From Candidatus Heimdallarchaeota archaeon (GTDB lineage Archaea; Asgardarchaeota; Heimdallarchaeia; Hodarchaeales; Hodarchaeaceae): a DNA stretch of 64,000 bases. Positions 37,005 through 47,553 of the stretch are shown in pieces. The notes under the pieces were generated by a model, which did not search any database, was not told the origin of the DNA, and was given only the letters and a program-made list of their open reading frames with translations. The DNA is taken from positions 2,162,571 through 2,226,570 of the forward strand of contig CP070695.1 of assembly GCA_020353515.1 (NCBI GenBank), given 5' to 3'. The position numbers and the translations under genes are program-made. Position 1 is the first letter of the stretch. Every line of letters begins with the position of its first letter.

Positions 37005-39965
37005 CTATCTTGATACCACTTCAATTCCTAAATTTATCATGTCTCCATCGATTAGAAAAGGTTTATTATTCTCTAAAGGCTTAGAAGATATTTCAAGAGC
37101 CAAAGTTTCTATCTTTACATATTCCTCATGCAGTTCTAAACTTTTAGAAAGATCTAATGAATTTGTTTCGTATACAACTCTTATTTTCGCGTCTAATTCG
37201 AGATCCGCCTCTTTACGTAAGCGTTGTATTACCCTGACTAACTCTCGAGCCAAACCCTCTCGTTTTAACCCAGAGCTTATCTCTGTTACAAGGGTTAAGG
37301 TTAAAGGGTATTCATTTGAGGACTGTGAGAGATATTGTTGATCCAAAACTAGTTCATTCGAGAAATCTTTGACAAATTTAAGCTCTTTTACATTTAATTC
37401 ATGCTTAAGATATTCAAGTAATTGTGTCTTAAATTTACTAGTGGTAAAAGGGTGATCTCCTGATACTATAGCCAGTGGTAATGGTTGCCTTAATTTAATT
37501 TGAGTTTCATTCCTTAATGACCTACCAATCTCAATTAAATTTTGGTACTTTGCGAAAGATTCTACTACATTCTCAAAATTACTTAGGACTTCTTTTGATG
37601 GAAGAGAACATAGGTGGACGCTTTCTGGCAGCTGCTTGTCAAGCGGACGGTGAAGAAGCTGAAAGATGTGTTCAGATAAGAAAGGCATGAAAGGGGCTAA
37701 GAGATAGCTTATAGTGAGTAAAACTTGATATAAAGTCGAATAAGCTGGATTTTTATCATTAGTTAGATCTTTTTCTTTCCAGAATCTTCTTCGTGAACCC
37801 CTGATATACCAATTAGTAAGATCGTTGAAGAATTCCTCAAGTAGAAGAGTAAATCTTCTACAATCCCAATTTGTTAAACTTTCATGATATTGATTTACTA
37901 AATACTGTAATTTAGCCAATATCCAGAGATCAAAGATATTATTAGACGATTGGGAGAGCTGTGAGGCATTAGTAATATCTAAGGCAGCAAAATTAAGGAA
38001 AAATCTAACTGCGTTCCAGAAAGGTAAAAACTTACGACGAACCTCATTAGTGACTGTGAAGCCAAAGCGAAGTAAGTTTTCAGATTTTTGAGTTGCATAA
38101 TTCCACCTCATGACATCAGCGCCCATTTCCCGAAGAGCATAATCAAAATCTATTGCATTCCCAGAAGATTTGTGCATTGGTGACCCGTCTTCACTCCTAA
38201 CTTCTTCATATACTACTATTACACGAAATGGAGCTCTTCCTACCAATGTAACTGACATAAATAGCTGTGAATAAAACCAAAGTCTGACTTGTTCGACCAT
38301 TTCACATACCATGTCTGCAGGAAACCATTTTTTCCATTCTTCACGGTTATTACAATAATTTAGAGTGGAAAAAGGAACAATCCCCGCATCTAACCAGCAA
38401 TCACCAACTTCAAGAACACGTTCGACATTATTATTGCACTTGGGACACTTGATTTTAACATCATCAATCCATGGCCGATGGAGTTCGGGTAAATTTTCAA
38501 CTTTGCTAGGAGCTTCTGCCAATGTTCTTAATTCGTTAAGACTTCCAACCACAGTTAATTCTCCACAACTGCAAGGATAAAATGGCAATGGTAAACCCCA
38601 GTAACGCTTCCTAGAAATACACCAATCGGCCATATTTTCTAACCAATCATGCATTCGCTTTCCAGCATGATTTGGTACCCAGAGAACTTCTTTATTGGCT
38701 TTTTGAAGCAAGGGTCGGATCTCATCACATGATATAAACCATTCTTTTTCTAATTTATACACAAGCTCAGTTTTACATCGCCAACATACAGGATAGCGAT
38801 GCCTGATGTTTTCGATTTTAAACAAAAATTCTTTTTCTGAAAGGCTTTCAAAAATGGGATGGACTACTTCGTTTGTATTCAATCCGCTTAGAGAGCCTAA
38901 TCCTTCAACAAGGTGTCCTCTCTCGTCGATCGGAGCAACAACATTAAGTTTGTATTGTTTTCCTAATTCAAAGTCTTCTGCACCACATCCAGGAGCTATA
39001 TGGACTATTCCTGTTCCTTCATCGGAAGATACATCTTCCCATGGGATAATTTTATATTGAACATCCTTTTGTAGTGAGAGCTCGGTGAAAGGAGCTTTGT
39101 ATTTGAATTTTAAGAGTTCTTTTCCTTGAAAAGTATCTAATAATGTATATTCATCACCTAGAATGCTAGTGGCATCTTCTGCAAGATAAAATTCTTTATT
39201 TTTTATTTTGACAAGTACATAGGCCAACTCTGGATGAACAGCTAAACCAGTATTTGCTGTTAATGTCCAAGGAGTCGTAGTCCAAACTAGAAAGTAACGA
39301 TTAGGGGTTCCTAGAACTGGGAGTTGCAAGAACACTGAAGGATGCTCCACAATTCTATAAGAGTCTGCCATTTCGTGAGCAGAAAGACTGGTACTACAAC
39401 GAGGACACCATGGCATCACAAGACGAGATTGATAGAGCCAACTCTTCTCATTACAAGTCTTTAAAAAATACCAAATATGTTCTATATTTTGATCTGTGTG
39501 CGTATAGTAACTGTTATCCCAGTCCATTTGCTGACCAAGCTGTTTTGATTGTTGAGTGATGATATCTGCGTATTTACTTATTCGTGCTTTGCATTTGTTC
39601 ATAAATGCTTCAAGGCCCATATCAAGAATATCATTCTTAGAATTAAGCCCTAAGGACTTCTCTACCTCAACTTCAACCCATAGTCCTTGGGTATCAAATC
39701 CATTTTGAAATCGCTGATTGTATCCACGCATGGCCCAATACCGTTGATAAATATCTTTTAATGTCCGACCGCGTGCAGTATGTACCCCCATAGGATTATT
39801 TGCTGTGATTGGACCATCGATAAAAGAGAACTGTGTTTTGGACATCTGGAGTTGTTTACGTAATTTTTGGAAGATTTCTCTTTCTTCCCAAAACTGAAGC
39901 ATTGTTTTCTCGACATCAGACCAATTAAGTTCTGATGCTACTGGAGTAAATAGAGGTTTAGTCAT
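37005..39965 (-). CDS. ileS: Isoleucine--tRNA ligase (type 2)
   Basis: DGPITAN, WTTTPWTL, GTGIVHIAP, DWCISRKRYWG, CWLDAG, WYIRGSRRRFW; HIGH site = GVHT, KMSKS site = PMHKS. Confidence 0.96.
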   Translation of the reverse strand: MTKPLFTPVASELNWSDVEKTMLQFWEEREIFQKLRKQLQMSKTQFSFIDGPITANNPMGVHTARGRTLKDIYQRYWAMRGYNQRFQNGFDTQGLWVEVEVEKSLGLNSKNDILDMGLEAFMNKCKARISKYADIITQQSKQLGQQMDWDNSYYTHTDQNIEHIWYFLKTCNEKSWLYQSRLVMPWCPRCSTSLSAHEMADSYRIVEHPSVFLQLPVLGTPNRYFLVWTTTPWTLTANTGLAVHPELAYVLVKIKNKEFYLAEDATSILGDEYTLLDTFQGKELLKFKYKAPFTELSLQKDVQYKIIPWEDVSSDEGTGIVHIAPGCGAEDFELGKQYKLNVVAPIDERGHLVEGLGSLSGLNTNEVVHPIFESLSEKEFLFKIENIRHRYPVCWRCKTELVYKLEKEWFISCDEIRPLLQKANKEVLWVPNHAGKRMHDWLENMADWCISRKRYWGLPLPFYPCSCGELTVVGSLNELRTLAEAPSKVENLPELHRPWIDDVKIKCPKCNNNVERVLEVGDCWLDAGIVPFSTLNYCNNREEWKKWFPADMVCEMVEQVRLWFYSQLFMSVTLVGRAPFRVIVVYEEVRSEDGSPMHKSSGNAIDFDYALREMGADVMRWNYATQKSENLLRFGFTVTNEVRRKFLPFWNAVRFFLNFAALDITNASQLSQSSNNIFDLWILAKLQYLVNQYHESLTNWDCRRFTLLLEEFFNDLTNWYIRGSRRRFWKEKDLTNDKNPAYSTLYQVLLTISYLLAPFMPFLSEHIFQLLHRPLDKQLPESVHLCSLPSKEVLSNFENVVESFAKYQNLIEIGRSLRNETQIKLRQPLPLAIVSGDHPFTTSKFKTQLLEYLKHELNVKELKFVKDFSNELVLDQQYLSQSSNEYPLTLTLVTEISSGLKREGLARELVRVIQRLRKEADLELDAKIRVVYETNSLDLSKSLELHEEYVKIETLALEISSKPLENNKPFLIDGDMINLGIEVVSR

Positions 39966-40468
39966 CAGACCTCTTCCTCCGACTCTGTGCTTTTAACTCA
40001 ACGTAAGGAAGTATTTTTACTAACTCAAAAAGAGTATGTTGAGTCCATTTGTGTGTTTTTAAATTTTCATTGCCTGGTTTTCTTTTTTTAATGAATTTCG
40101 TTATCCATCCTAATATCTCCTCTTATAACTTTTCATCTCTTCATGATTAGAAAAATCATTTTTCCTAGAATAAAGAGAAGGAGTAAGAATCAGAGAAATG
40201 GAGTCTAATATCCAGTGATAATTAAAAAGTAGGTGATTAAGGAATTTCGTGATCCCACATGGACATTTACTCCAAGAAATCCCTCTGTGTTTTGGCATTT
40301 AAACTTTTCTATGTTGGCTATTCTGACATAAAATATATCAAACTAACTATTCCCACCATTATGATCATAAATCGAGATTAACTTCAATACATTATTTCTT
40401 GTTAAACGCAAAGTATTAATTGTATCAGTGGTTAGTAGGAATTTATTTCGATTTGAGTTGAAGAACAC

Positions 40469-41641
40469 GTGAATACAACTCATAATTTTCGCCAAGGACG
40501 TTTCTACCTTCTTACTGTAGATATTTTGAAAGGAATAGCTATCTTTCCCATGATTTTTTCACATAGTGTTGGTTGGTGGGATCAGAACTTGTCGAAAAGC
40601 TATGACAGTTTAGGGAGTTTTACGATAATCATTATTTGGTTCACAGGGTTAATGGCGTTTCCTTGTTTTCTTTTCCTCTATGGTTTCAACCAAGTTAATT
40701 CATTTCTGAGAAAAAAAAGAGATAATGTGAGCCCGAATGATATTAGATCACATGCTATAAAACGGAGTACTATATTTTTCTTATTTGCATCTCTAGCTCT
40801 AGCGATAATGTCCATAATTCAAGCTCCAGAAAAAATTTTCAATTACTTACTCACATGGCACCTATTACATCTTTTTGCATTCTCCACGCTCTTCCTTCTC
40901 ATCTTATGGGAACTTACATCATATTTTGAAAAGAAATTAGGTCCCTCTTGGAGTTTTCAGCAAGTCTACACCATCCTCTTATTAGTAAGTTTCTTTTTAG
41001 TAATTACTCTTTTCATTTTTTTCCATGATTATACCGTTGCCAGAGAAAATTCAAGATTATTTCCAGTTACTCTTGAAATCCAAGTTATATTTGAAAATGT
41101 TTTACTTGATGTTTCCTCATGTGGTTTGATTCCATGGCTCTCTTTCCCATTAGCCGGTGGTATTACTGCATCACTATTCAATTTACCTTTATTCTCTAAG
41201 AGTAACATCCTACAAAAATCAAAATTATTATTATTTGTTAATTCCTTATTTCTAATCATTGGAATACTGTTTTTAAGGGTAGAGCGGTTTATTTCAGCAG
41301 GTTTGGGTTATGCTTCAACTTTTCCGCATGTGTTTATTTCGATTGGATTTATCGGTGTTATTTTTGTCATCCTCATTCTAACACTTGATCTCTTTCAAAA
41401 TATTCCTCAAAAAACTAGTTTCAGATTATTTTACCCTATTATCGTCGTCAGTAAAATTTCTCTTACGGTTTATTTAGTTCATCCCGTAGTAGCTATCTTC
41501 AATCCAACATTCATCCCCTCAGAGTCGGTGTTATTACTACTAATATCTTTATACAGCCTATTCTTTATAATACTAGCTCATTTCTGGAAAAAATGGGATT
41601 TCAAATATAGTTTTGAGTGGATAGTACGGAAATACTCCTGA
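40469..41641 (+). CDS. Membrane acyltransferase (HGSNAT catalytic/DUF1624-like)
   Basis: VDILKGIAIFPMIFSH, FLFLYG, SLTVYLVH, FEWIVR; about 10 TM. Confidence 0.75.
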   Translation: MNTTHNFRQGRFYLLTVDILKGIAIFPMIFSHSVGWWDQNLSKSYDSLGSFTIIIIWFTGLMAFPCFLFLYGFNQVNSFLRKKRDNVSPNDIRSHAIKRSTIFFLFASLALAIMSIIQAPEKIFNYLLTWHLLHLFAFSTLFLLILWELTSYFEKKLGPSWSFQQVYTILLLVSFFLVITLFIFFHDYTVARENSRLFPVTLEIQVIFENVLLDVSSCGLIPWLSFPLAGGITASLFNLPLFSKSNILQKSKLLLFVNSLFLIIGILFLRVERFISAGLGYASTFPHVFISIGFIGVIFVILILTLDLFQNIPQKTSFRLFYPIIVVSKISLTVYLVHPVVAIFNPTFIPSESVLLLLISLYSLFFIILAHFWKKWDFKYSFEWIVRKYS

Positions 41642-41735
41642 AAGCTAAAGATCCAGAAATCAAAGACATTCCTATAAGAGACACTGAAAAGTCAGAAGAA
41701 GAGGGATGAATCGTTAATTAGATGGAAGGTTTTAA

Positions 41736-42356
41736 TTACATTAAATCTGATTTCAACATAAAATCCCTAAATAAAATAAGGAAAATAATCATTAAAACAT
41801 TGATGACTGAAATAAGAACTAGAATCTCATTAAAGTAAGTAGATGTAGGATGATATGGGTCGTTATACAGAAATAAAGTTGGAAATTCTGAAACTGGACT
41901 GAAAAAATCAAAAAACCAATCAATAGAGTGAATTCCAGTTGTAATCATGATCTCTAGAGGTGATGGATAAAGGAAGGGGAGTAAAAAAAATGCTTCGATT
42001 AAAAGACCTAAATATCCTGCAAGAGAAATAATGTCAAAATGGAAATTACCAAGAATAAAGATCAGATATGAGGCTGTAATCACTTTTATAATCCCAATAA
42101 ATACTACTGCATTTACCACTTGATTATTACGACGAATTATCAGGGTTATGAAGAGAAAAATTGCAAATAGAATTCCAAATGTAGCACAATCTGGGATAAA
42201 AACCCATAAATAGAAGGGATAATAATCATACTGCCAGTTATAAAGATATGCTGTATATAATGAGACGAGTACATTAATTGTAATCCATAGATATACAATA
42301 ACGGGGTGTAATGATAAGAACTTCTTGTGTGTCTCTTCTAGCACCTCTTTTAACAT
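41736..42356 (-). CDS. DUF1405-family membrane protein (paralog of 12411..13070)
   Basis: YLYNWQ...LWVFIPDC, DWFFDF...PTL. Confidence 0.7.
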   Translation of the reverse strand: MLKEVLEETHKKFLSLHPVIVYLWITINVLVSLYTAYLYNWQYDYYPFYLWVFIPDCATFGILFAIFLFITLIIRRNNQVVNAVVFIGIIKVITASYLIFILGNFHFDIISLAGYLGLLIEAFFLLPFLYPSPLEIMITTGIHSIDWFFDFFSPVSEFPTLFLYNDPYHPTSTYFNEILVLISVINVLMIIFLILFRDFMLKSDLM

Positions 42357-42517
42357 TAATTTAGCACACCCAGTCCTTTCTATCTATTAAAAATATCCGT
42401 AAGACTTGTAAAAAAGTCATAACAACATCGTTTTAATTATCCTTAGAGTTTAATGACTCAACCAACTTCCTAAAAAGGTATTTAGGAATGATTATTTTGT
42501 TATTCTATGGACGCTAG

Positions 42518-43069
42518 TTGCCTTCTGATGAGATACCCATGACAAGAAATGATACAAAAAACTCGGAGTCAGATTCAGCAAATCAAGTTAATCAAAAGAG
42601 CGATCGTATCAAGTTGGATGCTAATGCGTTAACCCGAATGTGGATAAAAATAGAAAAAGAAATTAGGGAGGCTCATCCACACAAATCTTTGAGATCTAGA
42701 GAGGAATTCTTGAAAAGAAGACTTATAATTCGACCAGGATTCCCAAGTCCTGAAATATTAGCTCAATGGTGGCAGGAAGCTGAGAGTCAAATTAAGCTAG
42801 CTCATCCTCACGAGTCATTCAAGACCCGTCAAAAGCTAACTGAGAAATATGTTCATTCTCGACTAAGAAAATATCTAGAACATCAATATATAGAACCTCA
42901 TCCGGAAGAGAAACTAATTTCTGAATGGTATCGTGAAGAATTGTTAAAATTACGAGAAGAAAGTCCTCATAAACCCTTGAAAGAACGAGAAAGAATAGCT
43001 GCTATGGTAGTAGAAGAAAAAATAAAACAATATAGAAAAACCATCCGATTAGATGAATTTTTTGACTGA
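42518..43069 (+). CDS. Protein with three HMG-box/YABBY-like helical repeats and a C-terminal PIP-box-like motif
   Basis: Repeats W..IEKEIREAHPHKSLRSR / WWQEAESQIKLAHPHESFKTR / WYREELLKLREESPHKPLKER; ends TIRLDEFFD. Confidence 0.6.
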   Translation: MPSDEIPMTRNDTKNSESDSANQVNQKSDRIKLDANALTRMWIKIEKEIREAHPHKSLRSREEFLKRRLIIRPGFPSPEILAQWWQEAESQIKLAHPHESFKTRQKLTEKYVHSRLRKYLEHQYIEPHPEEKLISEWYREELLKLREESPHKPLKERERIAAMVVEEKIKQYRKTIRLDEFFD

Positions 43070-43105
43070 TTCTCAAGTGTAAAATTTGAATAAATGTGAC
43101 CAATA

Positions 43106-43699
43106 ATGCCTCCAGATATCCCGAAAGAGTTAGTATGTCGAGAATATTTACAACAACAGATATATGTTGATCCAGACACAATTATTGACCGAATGAACAC
43201 AGTCAAATTTCATGCACCTGGATCAGGGAAAATAATTGATGAAATGCTCAATACATTCTGTACATTCGCTGAGAAATATCAGTTTACAGATGATCCATCA
43301 CCTTATCTACTATTTATTGAAGATCTAGCAGACCAATTAGGATTTGAGAGTCAAGATGCTATCGATCATTTTAACAAACGATATCTCGATATGCAAAAGG
43401 GGAAAATTTACGATCATTCCATTTATTTTATGACAGTTCTAAGCAGTATTATTGAATCTTTCCAAAAAAAGGTAGTAAGTAGGTTATCTTTGAGGTTGAA
43501 GAGGAAACTTGCTAAGAGAGGGAATAAAAATATCAATAAAAAGCTGGAAACATTATTCCAGACCTCGAACTCAACCTTCGGATTATTAGTAAACATCGAA
43601 ATTTTAAAAGAGATGGGTCGTCTCATTGGAGTAGAGATGGATCCTATTATGACTGACTCTTTTGAACAAGAATTGATTTCCGTGTTGGAAGGTTTCTGA
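43106..43699 (+). CDS. Hypothetical helical protein
   Basis: 197-aa ORF, co-directional and tightly spaced between the repeat protein and AlaX. Confidence 0.65.
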   Translation: MPPDIPKELVCREYLQQQIYVDPDTIIDRMNTVKFHAPGSGKIIDEMLNTFCTFAEKYQFTDDPSPYLLFIEDLADQLGFESQDAIDHFNKRYLDMQKGKIYDHSIYFMTVLSSIIESFQKKVVSRLSLRLKRKLAKRGNKNINKKLETLFQTSNSTFGLLVNIEILKEMGRLIGVEMDPIMTDSFEQELISVLEGF

Positions 43700-43719
43700 T
43701 AACATAGGGACGATCATCT

Positions 43720-44442
43720 ATGACGGAAAGACTTTACTTGGTAGATTGTTATATTCAAGATTTCGCAGCAATAATCAAAGAAATTCTCCCTACTGGTATA
43801 ATTCTAGACCGATCTGCTTTCTATCCAGAGAGTGGAGGTCAACTAGGAGACCAAGGAAAACTTAAAACAGAAAATTTAGAAATCATTGTAAAAAATACTC
43901 GACAACAACGAGGAAAACTCATACACGAAGTGGAAACCATCGAGGGATTAGAAGTAGGAATAGAAATCAAGGGGGAATTAAATTGGGTTCGTCGATACCA
44001 GATGATGCGAGCCCATACAGCACAGCATTGTATTAGCCGATTTTTTCAAATCAATTACAGTGCTGAAACAGTTAGTAACAAGCTAAAAACTTCAATCAAC
44101 AGAATAGACCTCTCTCCTTTGTCAAAGCTTTCTTTGGAAGAGTTAAATGAAATCGCAGCTCAAATTAATAAGTTAATTTCTAGTAATATGCCAGTATCAA
44201 TTTCTTTCCTCCCCCGAAAGGAAGCAATAAACTTTCTCAGAGATAAAGAATATCAAACGCAATATCTCGGCATGGTTCCAAAATCCGTTAAAGAATTCCG
44301 AATCATATCTATAAATAATTATGATTGGGCTGCATGTGCTGGCACACATGTCCAAAATACATCAGAAATCGGGTATATTACCTTTGAAAAGACAGTAAAT
44401 AAGGGAAAACTGCGAGAGAGGATATATTACTCCGTGAGCTAG
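43720..44442 (+). CDS. alaX: Alanyl-tRNA editing protein AlaX-M
   Basis: TERLYLVDCY, FYPESGGQLGD.G, MRAHTAQH (HxxxH), ACAGTHV (CxxxH). Confidence 0.92.
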   Translation: MTERLYLVDCYIQDFAAIIKEILPTGIILDRSAFYPESGGQLGDQGKLKTENLEIIVKNTRQQRGKLIHEVETIEGLEVGIEIKGELNWVRRYQMMRAHTAQHCISRFFQINYSAETVSNKLKTSINRIDLSPLSKLSLEELNEIAAQINKLISSNMPVSISFLPRKEAINFLRDKEYQTQYLGMVPKSVKEFRIISINNYDWAACAGTHVQNTSEIGYITFEKTVNKGKLRERIYYSVS

Positions 44443-44543
44443 ATGAAAACATGTAATAAATTACACTAATAAACTAGTTAATTATTCCCAGAAATCGCTC
44501 CAACCTTAAAATTCAGGGATATGCTTGTCCTATCTAATAAAGA

Positions 44544-46526
44544 ATGAGTTTGGTTAAATTGCGTACTGAATCAAATGGCCATTTTAATATTGGTTTTAGC
44601 TGTCAGCTTTCTAAAGATCAAATTTTTCTAGATCCAGACCATGATTGGTTCCGAGAGAACCTCAAACCTTATTACATTGTCACAAAAGATTATCAATATC
44701 TCTTCGGCTCAACTCAACCAGGGAGACGTCCAGACAGGGCTTATTATATGGTTCCAGAGAATTATCGACTTGGTAAAGGACAGAAACCGTTTAATCGTGA
44801 ACGAGGCAAGAAACTTTTTGAGGTTGTGCTCCGTTATTTACAAGAGGAGAAAGTACCAGTAATTGTACAACACGGCATTCAAGGTGAACATGGATACGAA
44901 GTTGGACTCCGTGTAATCATTAGTGTCAAAAATATGCATAGTGCTTACATCGGATGGTTTGGTAAACTGATGGTTTTCCCCCCAAAAGAAAATCAAAATA
45001 TAGATTGTTGGAACTTTGTCGTTCAAGAAAATTTGCCTTTGAAATATGTAAATGAGATTAGAAAATTCTGGCCAACCTTTGATCCAAATGAACCAATGAC
45101 ACTTTACGATCTTACTGAAATTGATCAAAACAGACGACGAGTCTTGAGTTTAAGAGTAGATTATTTTGGTGGGGCTTACAAAAAGCCAAATTTAACTTTA
45201 GTTTGGAATAAAGCTGAATCCGATGGATATGTCTCCTATCATGCTGGAATGACTTCAGATAGAGTCATAAAAGGACTTTCAGGAACAGGTAAGACAACAT
45301 TAACGGTGGGTCCTGATTTAGAACAGGACGATGCTTGCGTGGGTAAATTAATTCGAGACCCTGATACGAATAAAATTAAAAAAGTGCAATTAATTGGTCT
45401 AGAAGCGGCTTCATATGCTAAATCTCAAGATCTCGGTTCTAAAAGCCCCGAATGGCCCGGACTTATGAAATCCCGTGAAATTGACCAGAAAGGCAACAGG
45501 CCAGTTGTACTTGCTCAAAATATAGATTGTCAAAATGTTGAATATCAATTCAAGAAGATAAATGGTTATACAGTGAAAGTTCCAGTGGTCAAACCGGGAG
45601 CAGAAATTGGTTCATTGTCTTGTACTCGCTATCATAGTTCAGGAACCACAAACGGTCGTTTTATCTTCCTCTTCTCTGAATTAAATAAAGATTGGGGAAA
45701 AAATGAGACCCCGAGGTATCTAAAAACCATTGTTCTTTCGATGAAACGATTTGATCTTCTCGATCCGATGTTTCGTGTTACAGATCCCATATTAGCCACA
45801 GCTCTCGATTCATCAGTAGAATCCATTATTACGTCCGCTATAGCTGAACAGAAACCTGGAACACGTGTTCGTTCTTATTCTGCAACCGATTTCATGGCAC
45901 GAGAGCACTGTCATCAGGCTTTATTAAAATTAGAAATGTATAAAGATCTCAGATTAGGTCTTGATGGGAAATTAATATTTTTGGTAACGAATGCAGGCAC
46001 AATCGGCGAACACGACATTAATGGAAACCAAATTCGCGTCAAAGATGGGAAAGGAGAACCCAAACCTAAAATTGATCGACATACTGGTAGAATTTTGAAG
46101 AATGAATTAGGGGAAATTCTATATCAAGGTCAAGGTGAAAAAATCACTGTTCAAGATACTAAGAGGTTATTGGATCTCGGTGAACACCGAAAAATTACAA
46201 ATTGGATTCCTCACCCTGTATATGGAGATAGTATCTTGCTGCCTGACCCGAAAGAGTTGGAATCGAAATGGGGAATGAAAGATTTTGGTGTCCGCTTTAA
46301 TCGCTTAAAATATTATACTGTAGGACAGTTTATCGATTTCACACTACGAGACATCAAAGAAAGAACACAATTTCTCGAGAATTTATTTAAAGGGCAAGAG
46401 TGTGAGAAGGAATTATATGATGTAATTCATGTATGGCAAAAATATAGAATACCTGATCCTAAAACAATTGAAGATTATTATCGGAAATATTATTCTGGGT
46501 TTGGTAAATACTATTCTGATTTTTGA
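44544..46526 (+). CDS. Divergent phosphoenolpyruvate carboxykinase (ATP)-like protein
   Basis: YFGGAYKK, YHAG, GLSGTGKTTLT P-loop, QDD, EAASYAK, TTNGR. Confidence 0.7.
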   Translation: MSLVKLRTESNGHFNIGFSCQLSKDQIFLDPDHDWFRENLKPYYIVTKDYQYLFGSTQPGRRPDRAYYMVPENYRLGKGQKPFNRERGKKLFEVVLRYLQEEKVPVIVQHGIQGEHGYEVGLRVIISVKNMHSAYIGWFGKLMVFPPKENQNIDCWNFVVQENLPLKYVNEIRKFWPTFDPNEPMTLYDLTEIDQNRRRVLSLRVDYFGGAYKKPNLTLVWNKAESDGYVSYHAGMTSDRVIKGLSGTGKTTLTVGPDLEQDDACVGKLIRDPDTNKIKKVQLIGLEAASYAKSQDLGSKSPEWPGLMKSREIDQKGNRPVVLAQNIDCQNVEYQFKKINGYTVKVPVVKPGAEIGSLSCTRYHSSGTTNGRFIFLFSELNKDWGKNETPRYLKTIVLSMKRFDLLDPMFRVTDPILATALDSSVESIITSAIAEQKPGTRVRSYSATDFMAREHCHQALLKLEMYKDLRLGLDGKLIFLVTNAGTIGEHDINGNQIRVKDGKGEPKPKIDRHTGRILKNELGEILYQGQGEKITVQDTKRLLDLGEHRKITNWIPHPVYGDSILLPDPKELESKWGMKDFGVRFNRLKYYTVGQFIDFTLRDIKERTQFLENLFKGQECEKELYDVIHVWQKYRIPDPKTIEDYYRKYYSGFGKYYSDF

Positions 46527-46544
46527 GGTTTATTTTGAATTCGA

Positions 46545-47267
46545 TTATGACGGCATTTCTACATCAGGGGATACAATAATTCCCTGATTAGTTATTGAAA
46601 ATGGAAATATGCCCCGTTTGTGGTTGACTCCTCTCATTTTGATGATTTCTATTCCTCGTTGTCGTTTAGCTCCTGATCGTTCGTTATAAAGTCGAATGAT
46701 TCCTGCCGCAAGAAATTCTTCTACACTATACACATCTTCCCCTTGGGTTTCCGCAATTGCTAGGGAAGTGACACCAAAGCGTCGGATCACATCAAAGAAT
46801 CGAAACATATTATACCGAATTTCTCGGATATCGTCAAAAAGTAAGGAAATTATTGTTAAAGGATCAATAACTAATCTTTTAGCATTAATAGAATCAATTG
46901 CTTCTTTCAACCTCTTTGTTAAAGCAGGAAGATCTAATTTATATTGTTGTAAAGCTAGTTGTCCATCACCCAAAGCACGACCATATGATAAGTCTAACAA
47001 AAGAAATTGCTTTTCTGCCTCATATTTTTGTAGGTCATAACCAAATGCTAATTGAGTCAGAAATAGCTCTTTCTTAGATTCATTGAATGAACAAAATATC
47101 CCTGGTTCGTTATATTCTTTTATCCCTTGAACAAGGAATCCAACTGAAAGACATGTTTTACCAGCACCAGGCTCACCTGATAAAATCGTGGACCAACCAA
47201 CTGGTATTCCTCCACCAAGTAACTGATCGAGACCTACAATCCCAGTTTTAGTTAAAGGTAGTTCCAT
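46545..47267 (-). CDS. Single-domain KaiC/RAD55-family ATPase
   Basis: TGIVGLDQLLGGGIP, GEPGAGKT, RLVIDP, EEFLAAGII.L, IIKMRG. Confidence 0.92.
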   Translation of the reverse strand: MELPLTKTGIVGLDQLLGGGIPVGWSTILSGEPGAGKTCLSVGFLVQGIKEYNEPGIFCSFNESKKELFLTQLAFGYDLQKYEAEKQFLLLDLSYGRALGDGQLALQQYKLDLPALTKRLKEAIDSINAKRLVIDPLTIISLLFDDIREIRYNMFRFFDVIRRFGVTSLAIAETQGEDVYSVEEFLAAGIIRLYNERSGAKRQRGIEIIKMRGVNHKRGIFPFSITNQGIIVSPDVEMPS

Positions 47268-47553
47268 TAATTCACTTCCTTTACTTTCAATAAACTTATG
47301 ATATTATTATGTAATCGATTTTTGTACATTATTGATATATTATTAGTTATTTCTTTTAAAAATGGTTCCCTTTCTTCTATATTGTCTGACATTCTGTGCC
47401 CTATTTACTCATTAAGGCTTTAATCTTCTTCTTTTTCATCAAAACTTCATCATCGCAAAGAGGGTGAAAATACTTATCTTTAAAACTTACTAAATTGAAG
47501 TATATCCACTCCACAATCCAAGGAATTTTGGTTGTATCCTCTCATTCTTCTTT

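Noticed and set aside
36874-37341. 155-aa plus-strand ORF
   Set aside because: Mostly antisense to the ileS 3' end; no recognisable features
40110-40298. 62-aa intergenic ORF upstream of ileS
   Set aside because: No motif or clear initiation signal; cannot be supported, though not excluded
46545-47267. Circadian clock system
   Set aside because: Single-domain KaiC-like ATPases are common in archaea; no KaiA/KaiB and no double domain here
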